From: an uncultured cyanobacterium
GTDB lineage: Bacteria > Cyanobacteriota > Cyanobacteriia > PCC-9006 > JAAUQQ01
Direction: 5' to 3'
Assembly: GCA_963718615.1 (NCBI GenBank)
Contig: OY970368.1
Location: 512,001 to 576,000 of the forward strand
DNA: 64,000 nt
The stretch's first letter is position 1. Every line of letters begins with the position of its first letter. A program made the position numbers and the translations under genes. Shown here one piece after another: positions 21,098 to 31,178 of the stretch. The notes under the pieces were generated by a model. It saw nothing but the letters and a program-made list of their open reading frames with translations. It ran no database searches and was not told where the DNA came from.

Positions 21098-21175
21098 GTC
21101 CTTTTGTCCAGAATTTTTGCCCAGAATTTTTGCCCAGTCTTTTTACCCAGAATTTTTCCCAGTCTTTTTGTCCAG
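21098..21175. repeat. six tandem 12-13 nt repeats (CTGGRYAAAAA.. on minus strand)
   Basis: Fills the spacer between the pRiA4b-family stop and the channel start. Confidence 0.8.
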
Positions 21176-21178
21176 TTT

Positions 21179-21739
21179 CTAGAGTTCAGCCAAGGCCGCA
21201 TTCACCGCTTCGAGGTCAAAGCTTTCTGCATTCCATTCTCCGCCCACCCATTCCAATTGATCCTCATGTTCGGGATGTTGCGGGTCTGCCAGGGCTTCTA
21301 GCAGGGAAGCATAGCCCCAGGCACCACCACAGTCTTCCGGAGGACAGGCCCGTTTGCCTTTGATACAGACCGGGTAGGTTTGCTTAGGGTCAACGGGGAG
21401 AATTTTTTCTAGCAAAATTTGATGCTCCCAACCATCGCCAAAATCGTAGGTGTAGCGGAACTTGAAGTTTTCTCCACTCACAACCTTATTGAGTTTGAAC
21501 TTGGCCTCATTTTCCAGATCCTCCATACCCCACTCAGGATCAATAACACCATAGTCCGTGCTACTAATCCGAAAACTATGGAGATGGTAATTTTCCCACC
21601 CCATAACCACTTGAATGATTTCGTGGAGCTGGTCGAGGGGGGTTGTGTTTTTGACTAAAATCCGACGCCAAATCGGCGGGCGAATCTCTTCAAGGGTGAT
21701 TTTGAGCTGATAAATGCTGTTTGAGGCGCGAGAAGCCAT
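21179..21739 (-). CDS. plasmid pRiA4b ORF-3 family protein
   Basis: YQLKITL..PPIWRR, YHLHSF, YDFGDGW, CPPEDCGG. Confidence 0.9.
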   Translation of the reverse strand: MASRASNSIYQLKITLEEIRPPIWRRILVKNTTPLDQLHEIIQVVMGWENYHLHSFRISSTDYGVIDPEWGMEDLENEAKFKLNKVVSGENFKFRYTYDFGDGWEHQILLEKILPVDPKQTYPVCIKGKRACPPEDCGGAWGYASLLEALADPQHPEHEDQLEWVGGEWNAESFDLEAVNAALAEL

Positions 21740-21845
21740 AGGGAATTAGGAGGAAATAAAGAGGGAATTGGGTCAAGAAGGAAGGAAAAAGCGGCAACCA
21801 TCGAATGCTTTTATTTTAACGTTAAGCCCCCCGGCTCAGCCCCTC

Positions 21846-23039
21846 CTAGGACCGTTGACCATGCGTCCCAGGTTCAAAACCACAGGTTTTAGATTGGGGT
21901 TGCAGGCGCGATCGCACCTCCCCCGCCAAAATCTGCGCACTCTCTTCCACCGCCAAGCCCTTAGCCCGTTGGGCCATGTGTTGCAGCAAACCTGAAGCCG
22001 CATCGTCGAGTCGTTCATGCTCGGGTCGTTGATGATAGGAATCCAACAACGTCAAGACTTTGGTTTGCAGCGTTTCTACATCCAAATCCTTCTGCTGACA
22101 AACCCAAGCCGCATCCGCCGCACCAAACACCGCTGCATTGACTGTCTGGTGGTCCTCCGCTGCAAAGGGATAGGGAATTAAAATTGATGGCGTACTGGTG
22201 ATCGCTAACTCCGTCAGCGTTCCGGCCCCCGCTCGACTAATGGCCAAATCTGCCCGGCGAAACAACGCTGCCATATTGTCGTAGAACGGACGGGCAAGAT
22301 AGTGGGGATGTTGCAAACTCTCCCGCTCGGGATCTTGCTCCCCGGTCAGATGAACGATCCAGGCCCCCGCCTCCAGCCAAGCCGGAGCCGCCTGCCGCAC
22401 CATGCGGTTCACCGCCACTGCCCCCTGACTGCCACCCACCACCACAATTAACGGCACATCGTCGGGAATCCCAAACGGCAAGGGCAATTGACTGGCCTCC
22501 AAAAACGCCTGACGAACCGGCGTACCCAAGCATTGGGTCTGAGCCCGAGGCAAATACTTTGCCGCCCCTTCAAACCCCAGCGCCACCAACGTACACCAGG
22601 GACTCAGCCAGCGCGTCACCTTACCAGGGAGGGCGTTGGATTCATGCAAAATCACGGGCAGACCGAGGGAGCGCGCCGCCACGATCGCCGGTCCTGAAAT
22701 ATAGCCCCCGGTGGTAAAGACACCCTGAAACTGACCCGCCTTGAGAATCTGTCGGACCTGAAAGACGCCCCGAATCAGTCGGGCAAAAATTTTGAGGCTC
22801 TGCAAGCTAGGGCGGGTTTGGAAGCCTTCTACTGGGATTTGGTGGAGGGGGTAGCAATCGCCCACCAACTGACCTTCCATCCGATTCGGCACCCCCAACC
22901 ATTCAATGTCATAGTCCGAGAGCTGCTCCGCCAACGCCAACGCCGGAAACACATGGCCCCCTGTCCCACTCGCCGCAATCAGCAGTCGAGGCCGAACCGA
23001 AGAAAGAAGAGGAGAAACAGCGGTGGATGCAGCATTCAT
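21846..23039 (-). CDS. murG: undecaprenyldiphospho-muramoylpentapeptide GlcNAc transferase
   Basis: GTGGHVFP, GGY, HESN, GGSQGA, SRAGA, HQxxNA. Confidence 0.95.
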   Translation of the reverse strand: MNAASTAVSPLLSSVRPRLLIAASGTGGHVFPALALAEQLSDYDIEWLGVPNRMEGQLVGDCYPLHQIPVEGFQTRPSLQSLKIFARLIRGVFQVRQILKAGQFQGVFTTGGYISGPAIVAARSLGLPVILHESNALPGKVTRWLSPWCTLVALGFEGAAKYLPRAQTQCLGTPVRQAFLEASQLPLPFGIPDDVPLIVVVGGSQGAVAVNRMVRQAAPAWLEAGAWIVHLTGEQDPERESLQHPHYLARPFYDNMAALFRRADLAISRAGAGTLTELAITSTPSILIPYPFAAEDHQTVNAAVFGAADAAWVCQQKDLDVETLQTKVLTLLDSYHQRPEHERLDDAASGLLQHMAQRAKGLAVEESAQILAGEVRSRLQPQSKTCGFEPGTHGQRS

Positions 23040-23289
23040 AGTCGGGAATCCGATTGAGTACATCTAGGATATGGGAGGATACGCAACATTACCCGCCCCC
23101 TTGAGGTCCTGAAAACAGGGGATGCCTCCCAAGATTTCGAAGGGCGAGGTCCCAGCTTGGGCGTCCGCCGAAGTAAGGACTAGAATATCCCTTAGGCCAT
23201 CGCCCTTGATAGGACTTCCTTGAGATAGGGCATTCAAACGGGGGCATCCCGGCTCCAGATTATTCTATTTCTGTAGAGGTAACGCGTTC

Positions 23290-24171
23290 ATGACCGCATG
23301 GCAACAGATTCGGCAAGGTGTCGTTTTATCCCAATCCCACCGGGGTTCTGACCCTCGGCCTGGGGTCAAACTGGGCCTGTGGGTAGGGCTGCTGAGCATT
23401 CTGTTGGGCTGGGGACTGGAACCCGGAATCGTCCAGGCCCAGGGTGCCGAAAAAGCCCCTGCGCCCAAAGCCCCGGCCATGGTGGTGAGCCTATTGGCCC
23501 AAATGGATCAAGCTGCAAGTCAGCAAAATCTGGCCCAGTTCGTTCAAGCCTATAGTCCTAATTTTCGTCACGAGGACGGCTTTGATAAACAGGCCCTCGC
23601 TCAATCCCTAGAACGGTTTTGGAATCAGTATCCCAATCTGACCTATCAAACCGAACTGGTGAGCTGGACCAACCAAGAGCAAGGGGGCGTTGCCGAAACC
23701 CTGACCCGCATTACTGGCAGCCGTCAAGAAAATGGTCGGGAATTTAGGCTACAGGCCCAGCTCCGGAGCCGCCAAACCTTTGAAGGCGATCGCCTCGTCC
23801 GTCAGGAAGTCCTCTCGGAAGAAAGCACGGTGACCACGGGCGCAAACCCGCCCCAACTGACGGTCAATCTGCCCAACCAAGTCAAAGCCGGGGGAGCATT
23901 TGATTTTGATGTGATTGTCAACGAACCCCTCAAGAGCGATTTGCTGCTGGGGGGTGTTCTCGATGAACCTGTCAGTGCCGACCTGTCTCACAGGCCCGGC
24001 AAGGTTGAAGTGCAGCCGTTAATCGATGGCAAAACAGGAACCGGTCCGGGTGGGCTATTTAAGGTAGGCCGCGCCCCCCGCGAGGCTAAAGATCGCTGGA
24101 TCTCTGCGGTGATTGTCCGCAAAGACGGGATTACGATGGTCAGCCGCCGATTGAATGTGGTTGCGCCGTAA
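23290..24171 (+). CDS. secreted NTF2/SnoaL-like domain protein
   Basis: Signal peptide; YSPNFxHxDG segment and NTF2-like pattern common in cyanobacteria next to murG. Confidence 0.65.
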   Translation: MTAWQQIRQGVVLSQSHRGSDPRPGVKLGLWVGLLSILLGWGLEPGIVQAQGAEKAPAPKAPAMVVSLLAQMDQAASQQNLAQFVQAYSPNFRHEDGFDKQALAQSLERFWNQYPNLTYQTELVSWTNQEQGGVAETLTRITGSRQENGREFRLQAQLRSRQTFEGDRLVRQEVLSEESTVTTGANPPQLTVNLPNQVKAGGAFDFDVIVNEPLKSDLLLGGVLDEPVSADLSHRPGKVEVQPLIDGKTGTGPGGLFKVGRAPREAKDRWISAVIVRKDGITMVSRRLNVVAP

Positions 24172-24176
24172 CGTCC

Positions 24177-25181
24177 ATGCCCCTCAGCCCTTGGTACGCG
24201 ATTAATTTATCGTTGCTGTTTCCAGGGCTGGGGCAGTGGCAGATAGGTCGGCCCTGGCGAGGATTGCTGTGGGGGGCGATCGCCCTTTGCCTCCTCGGCT
24301 TGATTTTCTGGGCTTTCCTCAGTCCCAACGGCAATATCCAGGTGGGGGCCGGGGCGTTGGGTATGGGCTTCGTCCTCTGGGTCTTTAGCCTCATCGACAC
24401 CCACGCCTGCTGGGTGAGCGATCAAGCGACCGCGCGCGTCCAGAAAGAAGCCCAAAACCGCCGCGCCGATCCCTGGTTTGCCATTTTTCTTTCTCACCTA
24501 CTCCCCGGCCTGGGCCAAGTCTATCGGGGCCAATGGGGCTTGGGGCTAGGTTTGTTACTGTTGACCCTTGTCTTTTGCTCTTGGCTCTATCGAGACCTCA
24601 GCTTTGGGGGTGCGATTTTGACAGCCTTGGCCTGCGCGCAACTGTCAGCGTCCCTCTTGGAACAACGATCGCAACGCTGGGGAATTCAGTTGGCGATCGC
24701 CATCCTCCTCGCCCGAGGGCTACTCCTGGGTTCCATGCCCCTCGTGCATCACTTCGTTGAACCCTTCACCGTGCCCAGCGAGTCCATGTACCCGACGCTA
24801 ACCGCAGGCGATCGCATTCTCGTCACCAAGCGATCGGACTATCAGCCCCAGCCGGGAGATATCGTCGTGTTTCAAAATCCCACAGCGAAGCGTGAGCAAT
24901 TTTTTGTCAAACGGGTGGTGGGGATACCGGGCGATCGCATCCTTGTGGAACAGGGCCAAACCTGGCGCAATGGTCAGTCCCTAGTAGAACCCTATTTAGA
25001 CCGTTTACCCGACTATCGCTGGGAACCAGAGCCGGTTCCCCCACGCCATCTCCTTGTTCTGGGAGACAACCGCAACGAAAGCTACGATTCCCACGTCTGG
25101 GGCTTTTTGCCTGCCAGCAAGATTGTTGGTCGAGCCTATCGCATTAGCTGGCCACCGGAACGGAACCGGCCCTTGCCTTAA
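24177..25181 (+). CDS. lepB: signal peptidase I with extended N-terminal membrane region
   Basis: SESMYPTL, FVKRVVGIPGD, GDNRNESYDSH. Confidence 0.88.
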   Translation: MPLSPWYAINLSLLFPGLGQWQIGRPWRGLLWGAIALCLLGLIFWAFLSPNGNIQVGAGALGMGFVLWVFSLIDTHACWVSDQATARVQKEAQNRRADPWFAIFLSHLLPGLGQVYRGQWGLGLGLLLLTLVFCSWLYRDLSFGGAILTALACAQLSASLLEQRSQRWGIQLAIAILLARGLLLGSMPLVHHFVEPFTVPSESMYPTLTAGDRILVTKRSDYQPQPGDIVVFQNPTAKREQFFVKRVVGIPGDRILVEQGQTWRNGQSLVEPYLDRLPDYRWEPEPVPPRHLLVLGDNRNESYDSHVWGFLPASKIVGRAYRISWPPERNRPLP

Positions 25182-25705
25182 AACCGCCAGCCCACCCCCG
25201 TTTGAATCGAAACCGCCGTATCTCCGTCTTTTTTACCCCCGTCGTAGGCATCAAAGGCAAAAACCGCATTGCCAAAGACCACGAGCTTAGTATTGGGGAT
25301 CATAAAATCCACACCGGGCTGGATCACAAACGACGATTTATCGCCAACGACGCTACCATCCGTCGCCAAGGAAATTCCAGCCCCCACATAGGGCTCAAGC
25401 TGCCAAGACACCGGAAAATCGTAGGACACCGTCGGGACTAGCGCGAGACTATCGCGATCGATAAAGGCCTGGGCTCGAAACGAGATCGGGGCCTTGAGCA
25501 CGTCATAGCGAGCCGAGACCACCCCCGCCAAATCCAGCTGCCCCCCATCTTGTCCTTCCACCCCAAGGGCACCCCCAACCCCGATATAGCTGCCGTAGGC
25601 CGGTTGGGCAGCGGCAGGCTTTGCCAGCGCCCCATTCAGCACCCCACCCAGCGACGTGACAGCCGTGAGGATGGTAAGTAACCATCCAATTCCGCGACAG
25701 TTCAT
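25178..25705 (-). CDS. small outer-membrane beta-barrel-like protein
   Basis: Signal peptide, alternating beta strands, PYVGAG, C-terminal GVGWRF. Confidence 0.75.
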   Translation of the reverse strand: MNCRGIGWLLTILTAVTSLGGVLNGALAKPAAAQPAYGSYIGVGGALGVEGQDGGQLDLAGVVSARYDVLKAPISFRAQAFIDRDSLALVPTVSYDFPVSWQLEPYVGAGISLATDGSVVGDKSSFVIQPGVDFMIPNTKLVVFGNAVFAFDAYDGGKKDGDTAVSIQTGVGWRF

Positions 25706-26034
25706 TGACTTCTCCCAGTAGCGTTCAACAGCGTTTCTCAAAAATGCCCCCTTAATTTAACCCAAGATTTTCAGATGACCAGATTTTTATGGACGTGACA
25801 GTCTGCAAACAGCCACAGCCCCCCACAGAATCACCGGAGATTGCGTAACTCTAGAGTGAGAGCGTGAATCTCTCTCTAGAGAGTCACATCCAGCAGAGTC
25901 TCATCCAGCAAAGCCTCATCGCCACTATCCCCAAAGGACCAGGCAGATCTTGAAGCCAGCGTTCTTCTCAGACTCTGATTGATTCTCGTTCCGTTAGCGC
26001 CCAACTCCAGCCCTGTGACCAGGGGGTCAGTCCT

Positions 26035-26511
26035 ATGGCAAACCCATCTTCAACCCAATCTCGTCATTCCTCCGCTTGGGGCCGTCATTGGCGGCGATCG
26101 CTAGGAACCCTAGCCCTGGTCCTGGGACTCACCCCGCTGGCCCAAGCAGCCCCCACTGTGATTGGGGAAAATCCACCGGCAACCCTCGAACTGCAAGGGG
26201 TGTCTGGGGGCGTCTCTTTGATGAGCGATTGCAATGCACCCCTGCCTCAACAATCTACCCAGGAAATTCAGCTCACGGACGCCTTTACCAAACAGTCCGG
26301 ATTTCTACGATTTTCCCTGGAAGCAGGCGGTGCACCCCTGTTGATCTTAGAGGGTCCCGCAGGACGATTTTGCGCCCTAGGGAACGGTTCCGCCCAGGAA
26401 CAGGCTGAGGTCTCCGGCTATTGGTTGCCTGGACTCTATAAAGTTTATGTGGGCGATCGCAATCACCAAAGCGGTCCCTACAAACTGTCGATTTTGAGTA
26501 GCCAGAACTGA
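26035..26511 (+). CDS. secreted hypothetical protein (PPC-like beta fold)
   Basis: Signal peptide AQA, two Cys, GxWxPGxYxVYVG. Confidence 0.65.
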   Translation: MANPSSTQSRHSSAWGRHWRRSLGTLALVLGLTPLAQAAPTVIGENPPATLELQGVSGGVSLMSDCNAPLPQQSTQEIQLTDAFTKQSGFLRFSLEAGGAPLLILEGPAGRFCALGNGSAQEQAEVSGYWLPGLYKVYVGDRNHQSGPYKLSILSSQN

Positions 26512-26834
26512 CCTTAGCCAACCCAGTCCATCCACCCCTGAGACGAGTTCCCTCATCAATTCTCAATCGGTGATATATCCCTCCGCAAACGAGGCAGAAT
26601 GGATAAAGGGAAGGACCCAGCAAACATCGTCGTCGAAAGGCGACTTCAGTGCTCCCACAATCCCCCTCACTCGATCTGTCTTTCCAATCCTTACCGACAT
26701 CCGGAATTTGCAAACTCGGTGCGCAACCTTTACATAAAGTCCGTATCAAGTGTATAAATTGATGCTTCTCATTCAAGAAATCCCTTGTTAAGCTATGCGC
26801 ACCGAACTACTGAACCTCTACAGGATGATGCCCT

Positions 26835-27530
26835 ATGGCTACAGTAGCTCCTTCTCCTTACACCGCCACCCAAATGACTGCTTGGTTGCGCGGCTTACTC
26901 TCCATTGCTTGGGCCGATGGCGATTTTGATGCCGAAGAAAAAAGCCTCATTGACGCCCTGACCCGTGAAGATCTAGCCCCTTGCCTCGACGTAGACCGCT
27001 TTGATCCCATCCAGGGAAACGAGCTGGCGGACGCCCTGGGGAGTGATCCCAGAGTTCGAGAGAATTTTTTACGAACCGCAGTCATGGTTGCATTGGCCGA
27101 CGGTGTTTATTCGAGTCCTGAAGATCGAATGTTAGAGCAATTTTGTCAGAGTTTAGAGTTAGATAGTTCCGCGCTCCAAGCGCTGCGTTCAACCTTAGTC
27201 GAACCCCTAGAAGTCGCCCCGGCTGCGCCGATGTCTGCGCTTCGGCCCCCTAGCGACTTGAATAAGCGAGGGCTGGATGTCTTGAAGCCCGCTCGGGTGT
27301 TGCTGGATGGGTTAGAAGTGGATGATCCCCGCATTGCCCGGTTTCTCTGCAAGCTGATCCCGTCCCAATGTCCCTTTGAGCGGGATGTCAAACTGTTTGG
27401 CCGCAAGGTGGTCCATATTCCCCCCTTGTGCAAACTCAATCCCCTTTACGATCAGCTCGTGGGCCTGCGGTTCCGTGCACTTTGCTACCTGGCCGATGAT
27501 CTGGGTGAAGACGTGAGCGAGTACTGCTAG
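26835..27530 (+). CDS. TerB-like + Mo-dependent nitrogenase C-terminal domain protein
   Basis: IAWADG and VALADG TerB motifs; IPSQCPFERD...IPPLCKLNP. Confidence 0.88.
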   Translation: MATVAPSPYTATQMTAWLRGLLSIAWADGDFDAEEKSLIDALTREDLAPCLDVDRFDPIQGNELADALGSDPRVRENFLRTAVMVALADGVYSSPEDRMLEQFCQSLELDSSALQALRSTLVEPLEVAPAAPMSALRPPSDLNKRGLDVLKPARVLLDGLEVDDPRIARFLCKLIPSQCPFERDVKLFGRKVVHIPPLCKLNPLYDQLVGLRFRALCYLADDLGEDVSEYC

Positions 27531-27657
27531 ACAACCCATCCACGTTGAGAACTGCGTTTTTCCGGAGGGACATGGCATGCCATGTCCCTTAATCATGGGT
27601 AGGGCATGAGTAGGTCATGGCTGGGGATTTAGTCTTTGTGGGGATCAAGAGCCAAAC

Positions 27658-29490
27658 ATGCAAGAGCTGACGACAGAAGTACTGGTGGTTGGGGGCGGAA
27701 CGGGGGGAACAGCAGCCGCAATTCAGGCGGCTCGGCGCGGTGCCCAGACGATTCTCGTCAGCGAAGGCCCTTGGCTAGGCGGCATGCTCACCAGCGCTGG
27801 CGTCAGCGTCCCCGATGGCAATGAACTGGTGGCGTTCCAAACCGGCATTTGGGGTCAGTTTTTGCGGGAACTGAGCCAACGACAACCCGAAGGATTAGAC
27901 CATAGTTGGGTCAGTTGCTTTGCCTACGATCCCCAAATCGGAGCCGAGATTTTTGCCGATTGGGTAGCTGCCCTGCCTAGTTTGACCTGGATTAGAGGCC
28001 AGAAGGCGATCGCCCTCAGCCTGTCCTCCCAACCCCCGAACCCCCGAACCCCCGAACCCCCCATCACCGTCCAATTCCCCGACTACCAAATCACCTCCCA
28101 AATCCTCCTCGACGGCACCGAACTCGGCAACCTGCTAGAACTCGGCCAAATCCCCCACCGCTGGGGCTGGGAACCCCAGGAGCAGTGGCAAGAACCCAGT
28201 GCCCCAACCCAGGTGGAGCTAGAGACTGATCCCTGGTTTGCCCGCTACCCGGTTCAGTCCCCCACTTGGGTGGTGGTGATGCAAGACTACGGCCCAGAGG
28301 CCCAGGCACCGCTGATCCCCGCCCCAGCGTTTGATGTAGAGCCAACCTTTGCCGGAGCCTGGGATCGCTACGGACCGGAAAAATTTTTGAACTATGGAAA
28401 ACTGCCCGGCGATCGCTTCATGATCAACTGGCCGATCCAGGGCAACGATTACGGCTTTGGCCTAGAACGACTTCGGGGCTCCCAGTTAGATTGGGAGACT
28501 TGGGCCAAGGAGGCGATCGCCCAATCCCAAGGCTTTGCTGCTTACATTCAGGGCCATATCGGTCGCCGTTACGGTCTCGCCACCCACTGTTTTCCATCCC
28601 AGGCAATCGGCGGCGGTGCCTATGGGCTCCAGCCCTACTATCGCGAAGGGCGACGGCTGATCGGGATGACCACGGTCACAGAACAGGATCTTTTACCCGT
28701 GGCGGGTGGATTCCGAGCAGCGCTTCCCCGCGACGGTTCGGGACAGGTGAGCGCGATCGCCATCGGCAACTACCCCAACGATCATCACTACCCCGAACGA
28801 GAAATCCAACTCGCCCCCAAGGCCCGACGCTGGGGCGGTCGTTGGACTGGCACACCCTTTACGATTCCCTTCGGCGCTTTGATTCCTGAAACCGTCGATG
28901 GTTTTCTCGCCTGCGAAAAAAATATTTCCGTCTCCCACATGGCCAACGGTGCGACCCGACTTCAGCCCACGGTTTTAGGCATTGGCCAAGCCGCAGGCAT
29001 GGCTGCCGCCCTTTGTATCGAGCGCCACTGTCAACCCCGCGATTTACCGATGCGAGTCTTACAGGAAGCTTTGTTGGGCGATCGCCAAGCCCCCAGCGCC
29101 CTCATCCCCCTCTTCAACCTCCCTCCCGATCATCCCGATTGGCAAACCATCCAACAGCACTATCTCAACCATCCTGACGACTATCCCCTGCGCGCCGAAC
29201 ACCCGGTCCCAGAACCGGCCTCAGTCCTAATCCCCCCCATCACCCCATCACCCCATCACCCCATCACCCCATCACCCTTCTTCCAACACCAAGACTCCCT
29301 CCTCCAAGCCAACGCCACCGGCTACCGCCTCCACCATCCCGATTACCCCGAAGGGCTACCGCTGATCACACTCCGGCCCGAAGTCGAGGAAAGGATGAGA
29401 CTGCTACAACCGGGTCAGAAAATTGCGATCGCCGGTCAGCTCAACCGGTCTGGCCCCTGGGTGCGGGTTGAGCGTTTGGAAATGCTCTAA
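27658..29490 (+). CDS. FAD-dependent oxidoreductase
   Basis: VVGGGTGG, LGGMLT, YYREGRR, SHMANGATRLQP. Confidence 0.85.
   Translation: MQELTTEVLVVGGGTGGTAAAIQAARRGAQTILVSEGPWLGGMLTSAGVSVPDGNELVAFQTGIWGQFLRELSQRQPEGLDHSWVSCFAYDPQIGAEIFADWVAALPSLTWIRGQKAIALSLSSQPPNPRTPEPPITVQFPDYQITSQILLDGTELGNLLELGQIPHRWGWEPQEQWQEPSAPTQVELETDPWFARYPVQSPTWVVVMQDYGPEAQAPLIPAPAFDVEPTFAGAWDRYGPEKFLNYGKLPGDRFMINWPIQGNDYGFGLERLRGSQLDWETWAKEAIAQSQGFAAYIQGHIGRRYGLATHCFPSQAIGGGAYGLQPYYREGRRLIGMTTVTEQDLLPVAGGFRAALPRDGSGQVSAIAIGNYPNDHHYPEREIQLAPKARRWGGRWTGTPFTIPFGALIPETVDGFLACEKNISVSHMANGATRLQPTVLGIGQAAGMAAALCIERHCQPRDLPMRVLQEALLGDRQAPSALIPLFNLPPDHPDWQTIQQHYLNHPDDYPLRAEHPVPEPASVLIPPITPSPHHPITPSPFFQHQDSLLQANATGYRLHHPDYPEGLPLITLRPEVEERMRLLQPGQKIAIAGQLNRSGPWVRVERLEML
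29235..29274 (+). repeat. STRR-like octamer tandem (CCCCATCA x5) inside the oxidoreductase
   Basis: Five perfect copies encoding PITPSPHHPITPS. Confidence 0.85.
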
Positions 29491-29547
29491 AAACAAATAC
29501 TCTAAAAACCTTAATTCTTAAGACCAGCCCAAGACCAATCTAAGACG

Positions 29548-30198
29548 TCAAGCCTTCAGGCGTTGGAGCGCGAGTTGGGCGCGGGCTTGGACGGCGATCG
29601 CCTCATCTTCAGCAACCGTTTTTGCGAGGCGGGCTTGGATGGGCGATCGCTGCTCAGCAATTCTCTCGTCCAGTTCTAGACCCAAGGCTTCCAATCCCGT
29701 CACTGCCGCATAGCGCACCACCCACTCATGGTCATCGCAAACTTTGACGAGGGTCTCTAGGGCAAGCGTCTGGGCCGCAGGAACTTCCCCAGCGGCAAAC
29801 AGTTGCCAGCACAACTTTCCGACCCCCCTAGCTGCTGCTCGCCGAACGCTTAGGGCAAAATCATCGATCGCCGCTTTAATCAGCAGGTCCATGCCGCGCG
29901 GATCGCCAATGCCTGCCAAGGCTCGCAGCGCCCAGGCCCGAGCGCCGTAGTTGTAGCCATCCAGCAGTTCCATCAAGGGCAAGACGGCAGGTTCCCCAAT
30001 AGCAATCAAACCATCCACGGCGGCCACGGCGGCACCGGGGTTGTTATAGCCCAAGACGGTGATCAGCGTGGGAACAGCCTCTGGCAGCTGAGTCGCGGCA
30101 ATATCTTCCACGGCAAAGCGAACGGCATCGGCGGTGCTGGCGCGATCGAGTTGGAGGAGGAGGGGCTGGAGGGTGTTGGGGCTGGCAGAGGCGTTCAT
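29548..30198 (-). CDS. cpcF: phycocyanin alpha-subunit phycocyanobilin lyase CpcF (HEAT repeats)
   Basis: LGYNNPGAAVAAVDGL, DGYNYGARAWA, DFALSVRRAAA, EWVVRYAA. Confidence 0.85.
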   Translation of the reverse strand: MNASASPNTLQPLLLQLDRASTADAVRFAVEDIAATQLPEAVPTLITVLGYNNPGAAVAAVDGLIAIGEPAVLPLMELLDGYNYGARAWALRALAGIGDPRGMDLLIKAAIDDFALSVRRAAARGVGKLCWQLFAAGEVPAAQTLALETLVKVCDDHEWVVRYAAVTGLEALGLELDERIAEQRSPIQARLAKTVAEDEAIAVQARAQLALQRLKA

Positions 30199-30566
30199 CG
30201 TATGCAATTGCAAGAGTGAGCAGCAAGCGTGAGCAGTGTTTCCAGCTTACCGAAAAGTGTTTGGGTTTGACGCGATCGTCCCTTGAGCAATAGAGCGATC
30301 GCCAAATCCCGAAGACTCGTCACCGTTACTCCATCCTTATATCAAACAGGCAACATTGATCAAACAAGGATCAAACCAGCCAAAGTACCCACGAGGGTAC
30401 GTTCAAAATTAATCCCCAGATTTACTGTAGGAGGTAAGTAGAAATAAGGTCAAAAGATTGGTAATCCATCAAGAAATCTGGCTGATGTCTAGACCTTTTG
30501 ATCGAAGATACATGCCTCGTTTTGCCTTATTTCTTCTCTAACACTTCTCTAAACTAGGATACCATC

Positions 30567-31178
30567 ATGGCTAACTTGTCATTGCGAGTGCGCGAAGTTA
30601 AGTGCGTGGACGAAACGGGAGGTAACCGATTTACCGAAATTGGAAAAGATGATATCTACCTCGCTGCTGTTACCCTTGATTCACAGTATAGGGTTCGAAA
30701 AATCCCTCCTTTCAAGGTTGGAGGCTTTGATGATGGTGATAAGAAAACTTATTCGCCACCGAAGGCTGTAGCTTCTTTTGACCTACCGAATGATCGTTTT
30801 CCCCACAATGTTCTCGTCAACCTCGTTTTGATTGAAAAAGATAGTGGCAATCAAATTGATCCTTTTCTAGACAAGCTTGCAGCAAAAACAAAGGCCGCTG
30901 CTGATGATGCTAGAGCCAAAGCCAAAGCCAAAGCTGATGCGGTCGGCGGAACGGCTAAAGCCGATGACGGCGACAGTGGGATTTGGAAGGCTGTTGTTGA
31001 AGTTCTTGTTGTCGTTGGCAAAGAGATCTTTAAGGAAATTCGGAAAGATGATATTTTTCCACCTGTTCCGATTCGAGGAACTTTCACCTCTCCCAAAGTT
31101 GATGGACGTGAATACGTCGCGACCTTTAAGGGACATGATGGACATTATCGAGTTACTTACGATTGGTTCATCTCCTAA
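30567..31178 (+). CDS. hypothetical protein, AT-richer than flanks
   Basis: 203-aa ORF with AGGA RBS; beta-rich ends around an Ala/Lys-rich helix. Confidence 0.75.
   Translation: MANLSLRVREVKCVDETGGNRFTEIGKDDIYLAAVTLDSQYRVRKIPPFKVGGFDDGDKKTYSPPKAVASFDLPNDRFPHNVLVNLVLIEKDSGNQIDPFLDKLAAKTKAAADDARAKAKAKADAVGGTAKADDGDSGIWKAVVEVLVVVGKEIFKEIRKDDIFPPVPIRGTFTSPKVDGREYVATFKGHDGHYRVTYDWFIS

Noticed and set aside
21179-21739. Plasmid or mobile element from the pRiA4b ORF-3 name
   Set aside because: The family is commonly chromosomal; no mobility genes or terminal repeats nearby
26752-26765. NtcA-like GTA-N8-TGC
   Set aside because: Imperfect match that is expected by chance in AT-rich DNA
26285-26776. 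163-aa minus-strand ORF
   Set aside because: Overlaps a better-supported gene and a promoter region; composition not protein-like
26835-27530. Nitrogen-fixation gene
   Set aside because: This domain family is widespread in non-diazotrophs and no nif genes are present
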